This document shows positions 10,501 through 18,278 of a DNA stretch of 64,000 nucleotides, piece after piece. Where the stretch lies: positions 3,840,001 to 3,904,000 of the forward strand of contig OY969696.1 of NCBI GenBank assembly GCA_963702005.1, read 5' to 3'. This DNA is from Candidatus Aminicenantes bacterium. GTDB lineage: Bacteria; Acidobacteriota; Aminicenantia; Aminicenantales; JAFGBC01. Position 1 is the stretch's first letter, and every line of letters begins with the position of its first letter. Made by a program: the position numbers and the translations under genes. The notes beneath the pieces are model-generated. The model worked only from the letters and a program-made list of their open reading frames with translations. It searched no databases and had not been told where the DNA came from.

Positions 10501-11355
10501 GTGGAGCCAGGACGGACCCGGCGGGATATCGGGAAGAGCGGCGCGGTAGAACTCGGCGAGGGCGTCGTCGGGAGTTCCGGGATGGAACGTGAGGGACATG
10601 GAGCGGCTCTCGCGGCCGTTTTCGAGCCCGATGGAAGCGGGATAGGTCCATTCGATGGAATCGCGCGAGAACAGGACGGAATAATAAGGATCAAGGGAAA
10701 GCGTCACGCGATCGGCGAATTCCTTTGAAACGAGGCTGACCATGGGTATGGCGAGCGCGACTCCGTCGGAGCGAAGGACGCCGGCGAAGCGATAGGCGGC
10801 CTGTCTGGCATCGGCCATGGCTTGGCCGAGGCCGTTCTTGAGCGGAAGCCAGGTTTCGGGACCGAGTTTGAATGGGGCAATGGGGAGGCGGACCGTGAGG
10901 TCCGCGCCGAATCTGGCCAGGGAAGGAGGCTGGGGCTGGGAAGCGGGAGCACCTGCCGATGACGCCGGAGCAGTGAGAATAAGTTCCCTCGCTAAGCTGA
11001 CCGATTTGCCTGCCGGCGTCAGATGAAAGATAAGCTCAACGCGGAGCCTGGAAGCAAGCGGGACATTATAGATATAATGAAGGCCGTCCGGTTTCTTTTC
11101 GAACGAGACCGGCTCGGAAAGCGGGAACGCGCGGTCTTTGAAGATGATTTCGCCCGCCGAGTCGGGGCCGCCCGTTTTGATCGAGCCGCCGCCTTTCTTT
11201 TCAACAGCCATGACGGCGCCGTTCGGCGAAAGCGAAACCGTATAGCCGCCGGCCGTCAGGCGGACGGCTTTCGGAGGGGTTATTGCTTTCTGACCCGAAG
11301 ACAAGGTCGATAAAATGATCGAGACGGCGAGACAAAGCCAAACGGCTTTCTTCAT
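7600..11355 (-). CDS. Secreted two-module putative glycoside hydrolase (TIM-barrel-like module + C-terminal (alpha/alpha)6-barrel GH-like module)
   Basis: Start MKKAVW after GGAGG; signal peptide; 'DALVWDETF' barrel motif; C-terminal 'WWDALNCGHKDGYTNALIYRAW...YMNGG...YEGYLAD' resembling six-hairpin glycosidases. Confidence 0.65.
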   Translation of the reverse strand: MKKAVWLCLAVSIILSTLSSGQKAITPPKAVRLTAGGYTVSLSPNGAVMAVEKKGGGSIKTGGPDSAGEIIFKDRAFPLSEPVSFEKKPDGLHYIYNVPLASRLRVELIFHLTPAGKSVSLARELILTAPASSAGAPASQPQPPSLARFGADLTVRLPIAPFKLGPETWLPLKNGLGQAMADARQAAYRFAGVLRSDGVALAIPMVSLVSKEFADRVTLSLDPYYSVLFSRDSIEWTYPASIGLENGRESRSMSLTFHPGTPDDALAEFYRAALPDIPPGPSWLHDVAMVDYDYLSEAGRGWFADIDALASSIPTQDRSKVLLCLHGWYDFVGRYSFDRAAKKLDPSWTAFSNYPNVRKNFPLSVPVALTIKKMHDRLSYARSRGFRAALYFGDGMNAGEGLSDIFAPDRVLRWGGWQGPDTKGKTYVQNPLCPEVRDFFLDYVKALLQEYGSDLDALVWDETFHVPEGSLGSDARPGYADRAMMRLVKDITAEVRAFNGRAGREVAFLASDCIGVFNWVTKPPYALVADGSYQDTHCAPEAWSYGIFPNYRNVLWSCNWEPVTHWDYTEFGARNYQTPVAVSNGWGDYCGFARMSPAMKRKVLALFDWRKRFKTRYLPIEKLPNYKGNPVVQSIADEAAPGISSLSWDTEGGDRVDTNLLRPDSSVKIQFLAEGAWRDSRMTKRRVEDNGAVIYDLEAGKARLTWRIEPGAIRGVGDEIRFVITAAKGRAEQVRLFLPFDPKTTPTTVLPSIWQNDEVFRLPAVINAPDFGPMLLKEADGRDVRGRLEGSRKDKVADLTLEFPEIAAGKPVTLTLTPLLLPAPPDLHDTGMWLSARRGWLNALQPCARWGEPGKPFSAPAGILGNNVISDPASCSLWFYADQAFWTPEPAPTISLMPLVRRTIDYWLDRRMKSDDTGRLTGEVTGYWDYGNFLDAEASPLISAWDYVEATRDLDWLKARIERLELVADFLARRDVDRDGFVEATQSGNRGALVQPNRSCAWWDALNCGHKDGYTNALIYRAWRCLADLEAKLGRLERGAAYTRLAAKLKIVYAKTLYNPRTGWLAWWKSADGELHDYASPTLNGLAIEYGLVDPALGRRILDRLWQKMTEAGFTRFDLGVPPMLAPVRRSDYLLPDAIGIPQREDGKDTFGQYMNGGITAGQVLHFLAAHYVLGEPDRADNVLRAMLERQRRGEFENGVRDAGSEGIDWTTWDGKPSGYEGYLADSFRFLQAVLLREPAFRARLYRPLAR

Positions 11356-11407
11356 GGTCCTTCCTCCGCTCTGACGGATTTCGGTCCGACCGTCGCGCGG
11401 CTTCGCT

Positions 11408-14400
11408 CTAATTGACCGCGACTCTTTCTGCAACGCGTAAGGTCACCGGACCCAACATTCCCGACTCCACAAGAGGCTCGCCCTTCTTCCACAGCCGCCA
11501 GCTGGTGAACGTCGTACGGCCGGTCGGGCTCGGCTTGCCCTGCTGAACCCAAGCCGGCCAAATCTTGAGCGTGCCGTCGGGATTCCGATCGCTGTCCTCG
11601 GGCAGGTCTTCATCGCCGATCATGCGGTTGACCCAGAGATTGACGACGCCAACCTCGAGCGCGTTTTCGCCGGCCTTCAAAGCATCGGTCACGTCCAGGC
11701 GATAGGGCGGCTTCCAGACAAGGCCGAGGTCCTTGCCGTTGAGGTTCACCCGAGCCATGACTTGGACCTTGCCCAGATCTAAATAGACGCGACGGCTCGT
11801 GCCGATCATCCCGGCGGGCACGGTGAACATCTTGGCGTAGGTCGCGGTTCCGGAGAAATGCCTCACGCCCTGGTCGGCATTTTCGGTCCAGGAGGCGAGC
11901 TCGGGGAGCGTGACGGATTCGGGGGCGCCCGCGTTCGGGGGGAATCGCAGCTTCCAGGGACCGCCGAGATCGAGCGGCGGGGGGAGGACGGGGATTTGGG
12001 CGGTGAGAGTGCGGCCTGAGGCTGTCTTAACCTCATAGCGGCCCGGCTGGCGCGCCTCGATTTGCACCCGTCCGTTCTCGTCGCAACGGACATCGATGGA
12101 GGGTTCGATGCCCGGCCAGAGGGGAAGGGCGATCGTTTCGGGGTCTTGGCCTTGCACGTCGAAGGATTTCCCGCCCGCGGTGTAGGTCATGGCGAGCGTT
12201 TTCACGATGCCGAAGGCCGGGTCGTCGCCTTGCGCCAGACGCGACACCTGGAAGCTCGCTTCGCCGGCGTCCGCGATGGCCTGGACCTTGGCTCGAACAT
12301 CGCGAGTGCGCGCGGCGTCCTCCAACACTCCATAAACGGCCTTGACGATGACCGTCTTCTCCTTAGGTTCGGGCGCCGGGATAATAATCGCGCCGTCGCG
12401 GGACACTCTCACGACCTGGTCGAAGGATTCGGCGCTCTTGCTAAAGACCACGAATATCGAACCGCTCGGCTCGAAGCTGATGGGGATGCGCGTGACGCCG
12501 CCGATTTGCGCATAAACCGCCGCCGGCTCGATCGCGCCGGTCTCAGGCCGCCAGAATTCAGGGCGCCTGCCGGTCACGCGAAACTCGCACATCGCCTCGG
12601 TCGGCCGTTGGACGCCGCTGGCGACGAAGTAGATTTCCGTATCGCCGGAGCTGCGATGGATCCAGCGGACGAAGGGAGGCGCGGAGAAGTCGGGAGGCAC
12701 GCCCATTCCTGCCAGAACTTGCTCGGGAGATTTGCCGGTCTCGACCTTGCCGCGGCCCGTGCCCCACAGCTCGTCGGCGAGCTCGTTGACCTCGGCGTCG
12801 CACTTCGGGTAGTCGGCGAGGCCCAGGGATTTCGACGGCTTAGCCAGGCCGATGACGGTCGCGCCCCAGGTGATCAATTCCTTGACCTTGCGCAGCAGGG
12901 CCGGCGTCATGCGGGTCGTATCGGGCAGGACGAGCACCCGGTAGCTCATGCCGTCGGGCAGGACAAGGAGTCCGTCTTTCAACGACATCCTCGTGAGCAG
13001 AGCCTCCGGCGTGCAGCTGTCGTAGTCGTAGCCGCTGCGGCTCTTAACCTGGTAATCCTGCGGCACGGCTTCGGGCTGGAGGTAGCAGATGTCGGCCACG
13101 AACGTACCTTGCCGCAAGAGATATTGGCAGCGGGCGAGGTATTCGTGCCAGGGCCGCGAATCGTCCCACCATGTCGAGGTGCGCTCGTAGTGCAAGCCCC
13201 AGGGTCCCATGGCTATGCCCGGCCGGTAGTTGAGCCAGGGCTGCATCGCGTAGCGATGAAAGACGAAGCGGTTGATGCCTTCGCAAAAGGCCTTGTCTCC
13301 GAGGGCCTTGATTGAGGCGGGGTGCTGGAGCCACCGTTCGTGGTCGTTGGCCGTGAACGACTCCGCGCCCAGGATGGGACGGCCGTAGATGTGCGCCGAA
13401 GAAGCCATCATCTTCAGGGTTTCGAAGGCGCCGCCGCCGATCCAAAACTCGCCCATCGGTTCGTCGGCCCGGCCACCGTAGGTGATGTCGTCGCAGGGGC
13501 CGCCATAAGCCTCGATCGAGAGACGCAGGCCGCGGCTGTGGGCGAGGGTCGCCATGTGTCCGGCGTAATTCTCGACGACGAGGTCGCTGACGGTTTGGCG
13601 CAGGTCGTCGAGAAAGCGCTCCGAGACCTCAAGGCTGTCCACGACCCGGCCCGTGACCGCGGGCAGGAAGGGAAGCGGGTCGTAGCCGCGGCGGGCTTTG
13701 AATTCCTCCCGCATCCGGGCCGTCCAGTTCTGGGCGCCGTTCTCCCAACTGTCGATGTGGGTCGCGACGAGCGCGCGGCCGGCGGCGGGACCGACATCGG
13801 CGATGAGCTCGGCCATCATGCCGGCGAACTGGGCTTCGATGCCCTCGCGGCTTAACTTGTCGCACTCAAGGCCGCGGCCGCTGGCGGGAGCGGGGGCGTT
13901 CTCGACGCCGGTGCCCGTGTGACCGAAGCGTAAGATCGTCCAATGGCCGGCCGGGACGTCCCAGGCGAGGCTTCCGTCATGGCCCATGCGGGCGGTGAGA
14001 TCGGCGAGGCGGGAGGGGGCGATCACCATTTCGGGAGGCAGGCTTGTTTCGGCGGGCGGAGGCACGTTGCCGCGTTCGTAAAGCGCCTTGATGTTGACAT
14101 CCGCGATGCGATAATCCCCGGGCGTCGGAAAAGCCAGCACGGCGATGTCGCGATAGAACCCGTGATCGGCCGCGGGCGCGGGGAGCTTGCCCGAGAAGCG
14201 TTGCGGGCCGGCGATGGAGGTCTCGGTCCAGACGATCTTCTGCATGGACTGTTCGGGTTTGATCCAAGGACCGCCGCTCCCGTTCCAGCCGGCGTCGTCG
14301 TTCATGTTGATCTCGAGACCGAGGCGGCCGGCCTCGGCGACGGCGAACTTGAACAGGTCCCGCCACTGCGGACCCATGAAGGCCGCGGGGCCCACGGGCG

Positions 14401-14632
14401 CGCCCTGGTCAACCTCCATGATCAGGACGCCTCCGATGCCGACGCGCTTCATGGCCTCGAGGTCGGCCGTGATCCCTTCGCGAGTGATGTTGCTGTTGAG
14501 CCAGAACCAGTACACCCAGGGGCGGGCGGAATCGGGGGGGGTGATAAAACCCTTGGCCAGGTCATCCGATGCCGCCGCTAGGCTCAACACTGAGCACAGG
14601 GCCAAAACCATGATCAGAAAACGCTTCCGCAT
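11408..14632 (-). CDS. GH106 alpha-L-rhamnosidase-like glycoside hydrolase
   Basis: 'PPDSARPWVYWFWLNSNITREGITADLEAMKRVGIGG', 'GLECDKLS', 'HIDSWE', 'GAESFT', 'GINRFVFH', C-terminal 'SGMLGPV'; signal peptide; RBS GGGAGG. Confidence 0.9.
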   Translation of the reverse strand: MRKRFLIMVLALCSVLSLAAASDDLAKGFITPPDSARPWVYWFWLNSNITREGITADLEAMKRVGIGGVLIMEVDQGAPVGPAAFMGPQWRDLFKFAVAEAGRLGLEINMNDDAGWNGSGGPWIKPEQSMQKIVWTETSIAGPQRFSGKLPAPAADHGFYRDIAVLAFPTPGDYRIADVNIKALYERGNVPPPAETSLPPEMVIAPSRLADLTARMGHDGSLAWDVPAGHWTILRFGHTGTGVENAPAPASGRGLECDKLSREGIEAQFAGMMAELIADVGPAAGRALVATHIDSWENGAQNWTARMREEFKARRGYDPLPFLPAVTGRVVDSLEVSERFLDDLRQTVSDLVVENYAGHMATLAHSRGLRLSIEAYGGPCDDITYGGRADEPMGEFWIGGGAFETLKMMASSAHIYGRPILGAESFTANDHERWLQHPASIKALGDKAFCEGINRFVFHRYAMQPWLNYRPGIAMGPWGLHYERTSTWWDDSRPWHEYLARCQYLLRQGTFVADICYLQPEAVPQDYQVKSRSGYDYDSCTPEALLTRMSLKDGLLVLPDGMSYRVLVLPDTTRMTPALLRKVKELITWGATVIGLAKPSKSLGLADYPKCDAEVNELADELWGTGRGKVETGKSPEQVLAGMGVPPDFSAPPFVRWIHRSSGDTEIYFVASGVQRPTEAMCEFRVTGRRPEFWRPETGAIEPAAVYAQIGGVTRIPISFEPSGSIFVVFSKSAESFDQVVRVSRDGAIIIPAPEPKEKTVIVKAVYGVLEDAARTRDVRAKVQAIADAGEASFQVSRLAQGDDPAFGIVKTLAMTYTAGGKSFDVQGQDPETIALPLWPGIEPSIDVRCDENGRVQIEARQPGRYEVKTASGRTLTAQIPVLPPPLDLGGPWKLRFPPNAGAPESVTLPELASWTENADQGVRHFSGTATYAKMFTVPAGMIGTSRRVYLDLGKVQVMARVNLNGKDLGLVWKPPYRLDVTDALKAGENALEVGVVNLWVNRMIGDEDLPEDSDRNPDGTLKIWPAWVQQGKPSPTGRTTFTSWRLWKKGEPLVESGMLGPVTLRVAERVAVN

Positions 14633-14663
14633 GATGGGCCTCCCTTTTTCATATAGCGTGTCG

Positions 14664-14672
14664 AGTATAACA
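14664..14672 (-). promoter_or_regulatory. Putative extended -10 promoter (TGtTATACT) of the GH106 gene
   Basis: Reverse complement of agtataaca; about 30 bp upstream of the 14632 start; overlaps the outermost junction repeat. Confidence 0.45.
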
Positions 14673-14714
14673 TATTGAGGGAACATATTGAGGGTCGGAC
14701 ATATTGAGGGTCGG
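14669..14714. repeat. Tandem junction repeats at the left end of the Y1 element
   Basis: ACATATTGAGGGTCGG x2 (14683-14698, 14699-14714), preceded by a truncated copy AACATATTGAGGG (14669-14681). Confidence 0.95.
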
Positions 14715-15645
14715 ACCGGACTATCCCTTTAGAAAGAAAATAGTTATCAGCCTTTTTCTCGGATTTCGAACCCCAATATGAGTTTTTTGGGGCGCGAAAA
14801 CGTCCATTATAAAGAAGGAAGAACTCATGCCCAGAGCTAATCGATATCATATTCCCGGCTATATCTGGCATCTCACCCATCGATGCCATAAAAAAGAATT
14901 TCTCCTCAAGTTTTCCAAGGATCGTCGGAGGTGGATGGCCTGGCTATTCCAGGCCAAGAAACGCTATGGTCTCAAGATATTGAACTTCGTCGCGACGCTT
15001 AACCATATTCATCTTCTGGTTGCGGATGGCGACAAGCCCCACGTAATTCCGAAATCTCTTCAGTTGATTGCGGGCAGGACGGCACAGGAATTCAACATTA
15101 GGAAGCGCCGAAATGGAGCCTTCTGGGAAGACCGATATCATGCCACGGCTATCGAGAATGGTATACATTTAATCAATTGCCTGACTTATATCGATCTGAA
15201 TATGGTCAGAGCGGGCGTAGTGAAACACCCGATTCAGTGGGCTCATAGCGGGTTCTATGAAATGGAGAGGGCCCCTCATCGTAAAGATTTGGTAGACTAC
15301 AGACGTCTATTGAAATATCTCGAGATTGGCACAATAGCTGAGCTTAGGGTCCTTCGGCGACGTTGGATAACAGAAAAAATGACGGCAAAAGAGATGGCTC
15401 GCGAGAGCCAATGGACTGAAAGCGTCGCCGTTGGGAGTCGCGAATTTTTGAACGAAATGAAAGAGCGCCAGGGTATAAGAACGTGGCGAAGAGCGATTGA
15501 ATCCATTGATGCTGGTTCATATCAATTGAAAGAGAGGCGGGGGATTTATTATGTTTTTAGGGTGAAAAGGCCATATTAAGGCTGTATATAGCCTGCAAAA
15601 TGCTCCGAACATCCTGACAATATTAGAGTTGCCTCGGTCCGACCC
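14708..15645 (+). mobile_element. HUH/Y1 (RAYT-like) transposase element with 11-bp terminal inverted repeats
   Basis: GGGTCGGACCG (14708-14718) and CGGTCCGACCC (15635-15645) enclose a single, visibly AT-richer transposase gene. Confidence 0.8.
14827..15579 (+). CDS. REP-associated tyrosine transposase-like protein (Y1_Tnp, IS200/TnpA superfamily)
   Basis: 'MPRANR...WHLTHRC', HUH motif NHIHLL, 'GAFWEDRYHA', catalytic Tyr in 'YIDLNMVRAG', 'WAHSG'. Confidence 0.92.
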   Translation: MPRANRYHIPGYIWHLTHRCHKKEFLLKFSKDRRRWMAWLFQAKKRYGLKILNFVATLNHIHLLVADGDKPHVIPKSLQLIAGRTAQEFNIRKRRNGAFWEDRYHATAIENGIHLINCLTYIDLNMVRAGVVKHPIQWAHSGFYEMERAPHRKDLVDYRRLLKYLEIGTIAELRVLRRRWITEKMTAKEMARESQWTESVAVGSREFLNEMKERQGIRTWRRAIESIDAGSYQLKERRGIYYVFRVKRPY

Positions 15646-15670
15646 AAGGTTTAACCGACCCAAGGTTTAA
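15639..15670. repeat. Tandem junction repeat at the right end of the Y1 element
   Basis: CCGACCCAAGGTTTAA x2 (15639-15654, 15655-15670). Confidence 0.95.
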
Positions 15671-15691
15671 TATCTCCCCAGAGCTAGCTGA

Positions 15692-16708
15692 TCAGCGTCG
15701 GGTCAGCAGGCGTTCGACGCCGTGCCCGGCGGCCAGGTAGAATTGGAAATCGAAGGCGTTGTCGTCGAGGTCGATCGGCGTCGTTCCGGTAGCCCGGAAA
15801 AAGTCCTTCTCGATCTCGCGCGCCTTTCCCCGGGGGCGGGGTCCATCCTCGGGGCCGTACTCGCGCCAGAACGCCCGCCACGCCTCCCGCGCGGCCGCCG
15901 GCAAATCATCCACGCTCACGTAGGGCTTGCCCTGCGCGTCGAGACGGATCCAGTTCTCCGCGAGGGCGCGGACGAGAGGGTAGAGATGGGGCCGGCCGGG
16001 GTCGTCGGAGAAATAATGGAACAGCCGGGTGTCGTCGATGTAGGTGTAGTAAATGTCCCAAAGCGGCTCTTCCGAGCCCAGCCAGGCTGCGCCGTACCCC
16101 GCGACGAGGTCGATCTCGTCGGAGTAGCCGACGAGCGTCAGATCTTTGGGGTCGAGCGTGCGGTCGCTGTAATATAGGGGGACGTACGATTCCGCCAGGG
16201 CGCGAACGGTCGGATAGTCGGCGGGACGGCCGACGAGCCCGGGATACCTCGATTGCGCGTTCGAGCCGTAAAGCCCCGTGCGCGGGTCGCGCCAGACGAC
16301 GAGGTTGTGGTCCGCGTCCTGGCTCGCCTCGAGCATGACCAGGCGGGGCTCGTGGCCGTGCAGGAAGTTGTCGGCGTAGGCGAACATGGCGCCCTCGAAG
16401 CAATGGGCCATGGCCGTCTGGAGGACGCGGCGCGGCGACATCGCGGTCTCTTCCTGTTCGACCGCCGCGTGGTCGTCGTTGTAGTAAAGCCGGCTGTCGA
16501 GAAACTCCTGAACCTTGCAGGGCGTATCGAGGGCGGCCAGCACGACGGATTCGTCGTCGCCGAAGCGCAATCCCCATTGCGCGCAACGCGCCGCGAACCG
16601 CGCCGCCGCCGCGGGATCGACGGCGCCGCGATAGAGCCCGACGAACTCCTTGAGTTGATCCCCCGGCGCCGGGTGAACGATGCCTTCCTTGGGAATCGGC
16701 TTGCTCAT
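15692..16708 (-). CDS. Hypothetical protein with transglutaminase/papain-like Cys-His motif
   Basis: Start MSKPIP after GGAAG; 'MSPRRVLQTAMAHCFEGAMFA' and 'DADHNLVVW...YG'; the longer ORF-track N-terminus overlaps the upstream gene. Confidence 0.65.
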   Translation of the reverse strand: MSKPIPKEGIVHPAPGDQLKEFVGLYRGAVDPAAAARFAARCAQWGLRFGDDESVVLAALDTPCKVQEFLDSRLYYNDDHAAVEQEETAMSPRRVLQTAMAHCFEGAMFAYADNFLHGHEPRLVMLEASQDADHNLVVWRDPRTGLYGSNAQSRYPGLVGRPADYPTVRALAESYVPLYYSDRTLDPKDLTLVGYSDEIDLVAGYGAAWLGSEEPLWDIYYTYIDDTRLFHYFSDDPGRPHLYPLVRALAENWIRLDAQGKPYVSVDDLPAAAREAWRAFWREYGPEDGPRPRGKAREIEKDFFRATGTTPIDLDDNAFDFQFYLAAGHGVERLLTRR

Positions 16709-16791
16709 ATCTTCCGATACCCCGTCGGCTCGACGGCCGGTCGCCACGGAGTCATCGGTCCTCCCGGTCAGCCACGGGGCTAAGCCGCCCC

Positions 16792-18108
16792 TCAGAATTC
16801 GAAGCTGATGACGCCCGTCCGCCCGGCCATCTGCTTCCGGATGTCCTCGATAAAAAGCTTGCCCTCTTTCTGGGCTTTGACGGCCCGGAAGATCTCGGCG
16901 GTCGTCAGCAGGGCGTTCCCGTCTTTCTGAGCTTCCTCGGCCATCCGTCCCGAGAACGGATTCGGCCGGAGGCCGGCGTCCTGCCCGGAAAAATAATTGC
17001 CGACGAGTACGGACTTCATCCGCGTGTTCCCGAACTCTTGCATCCGCCGGCCCTTGTATCTTTGGAGGAGCATGGCGTCCTCGTCGGCGGCGCCGCCCGT
17101 TCCGCTCCGAATATTGATGAGGAAGACGGGCTCCTGGCCCAGCTTCTCCTCGACCTTGAGGTCGTTCTTCTCGAACAGCCAGAGGTCTTCCTCCTTGGAG
17201 CGGATGACCCGCTTCCAATAGTCGTCGACGTCGATGGTCTGCCAGCCCAGATAATTCATGGCTTCGACGAGGGCCCCCTTGAGCTGGGCCCCGTCGGCGA
17301 CGAGAAGCCGCTGGAACCGCTCCTGGCTCTTGGACTTGGCCTCCTTAATCTTGAGGTCGAGCCGGCGCAGGATCTCATCATACTCTCGCTGAACTTCCTC
17401 TCTCTGCTTTTGAAGCCGCCCCAGCTCCGGGAACTGGTAATCGGCCTTCTCGAGCCAATGGCCCTGCTCGGCGAAGAGCTGGGGAGCCAGGGTCGGCAGG
17501 ATCTCGCGGAGGATGAACTGCGCGACTTCGAGGTTCTTGTCGCCGAACCAGGGCAGCAGAAGATAGCCGCCCTGACCCCTCTGAGCGAGGAGGGCGACCG
17601 GGAGGCCGTCGGCGCTTTGGGCCAGGACCCGGACCTTGAAGGCCCGGTCCGCCGCGCGGAGGTCGATGTCCCAGCTGGTGGCGTAGTGGGCGGGAAGGAG
17701 CTCGAAGGCGTGGAGGATGTGCCTGCTGAACGAGAGGAACAGGGAGTCCAAGGGCTTGTCTTGGCCGGGGACGACGGCGCCCGGCGTGGGATTGTCCTTG
17801 TACTCGAGCTCGGGAATGACCCCGATTACGTTCGTAAGATGGAACAGGGCGCTGGGGCCGATGAAGCAGGTCACGTAGCCGCCCCTCTCGACGAGGTTTT
17901 CGACGGCCGCCGAGCCGCCCGCGTGGACGTGGCTGGCCGGGTTGTCGTGGAGGACCTCGTAAAAGATGATCCGGCAATCCTTGTCGAGGACAAGGGGATC
18001 GGCCTTCAGGGATTTCCAGTTGGTGACTTGGAGGCCGGCGTCGAAGCCCTTGCCGCGCAGGTCGTCGAGATCCTTGGGTTCGAAATCCAGCAAAAGTATT
18101 TTGGCCAT
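16792..18108 (-). CDS. Hypothetical protein with coiled coil and C-terminal restriction-endonuclease-like (PD-(D/E)XK) domain, possibly degenerate
   Basis: Host-like codon usage, RBS GAAGGG; coiled coil 'LQKQREEVQREYDEILRRLDLKIKEAK'; C-terminal 'EEDLWL...FLINIRSGTG...KSVLVGNY...RPNPF'. Confidence 0.6.
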   Translation of the reverse strand: MAKILLLDFEPKDLDDLRGKGFDAGLQVTNWKSLKADPLVLDKDCRIIFYEVLHDNPASHVHAGGSAAVENLVERGGYVTCFIGPSALFHLTNVIGVIPELEYKDNPTPGAVVPGQDKPLDSLFLSFSRHILHAFELLPAHYATSWDIDLRAADRAFKVRVLAQSADGLPVALLAQRGQGGYLLLPWFGDKNLEVAQFILREILPTLAPQLFAEQGHWLEKADYQFPELGRLQKQREEVQREYDEILRRLDLKIKEAKSKSQERFQRLLVADGAQLKGALVEAMNYLGWQTIDVDDYWKRVIRSKEEDLWLFEKNDLKVEEKLGQEPVFLINIRSGTGGAADEDAMLLQRYKGRRMQEFGNTRMKSVLVGNYFSGQDAGLRPNPFSGRMAEEAQKDGNALLTTAEIFRAVKAQKEGKLFIEDIRKQMAGRTGVISFEF

Positions 18109-18186
18109 CGTTCCCTTCCGGTATTTTTATCAAAATCGAGCGAGGGTGTCAATCTCGGGGACATGAAATCTTAGCCCTACTCATCA

Positions 18187-18216
18187 TTGACATAGCTCCT
18201 CGGCTGGAAATATCAT
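18187..18216 (+). promoter_or_regulatory. Putative sigma70 promoter of the second GH106
   Basis: TTGACA-18 bp-TATCAT. Confidence 0.5.
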
Positions 18217-18278
18217 GGCGTAGCCCCATGATCAAGCGGGGCGGGAAGGTTCAACCCGTGGCGAAAGGAGACACGCCG

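Noticed and set aside
14669-14714. Short tandem repeats as a possible CRISPR array
   Set aside because: Units are 13-16 bp with no spacers and no cas genes; they coincide with the transposase end
16709-17218. N-terminal 170-aa extension of ORF 15692-17218
   Set aside because: Overlaps the 16792-18108 gene in another frame and has Arg/Gly-rich shadow composition
18155-18232. Possible third GGGGACAT element
   Set aside because: No matching TGTCCCC arm; only a weak hairpin is present
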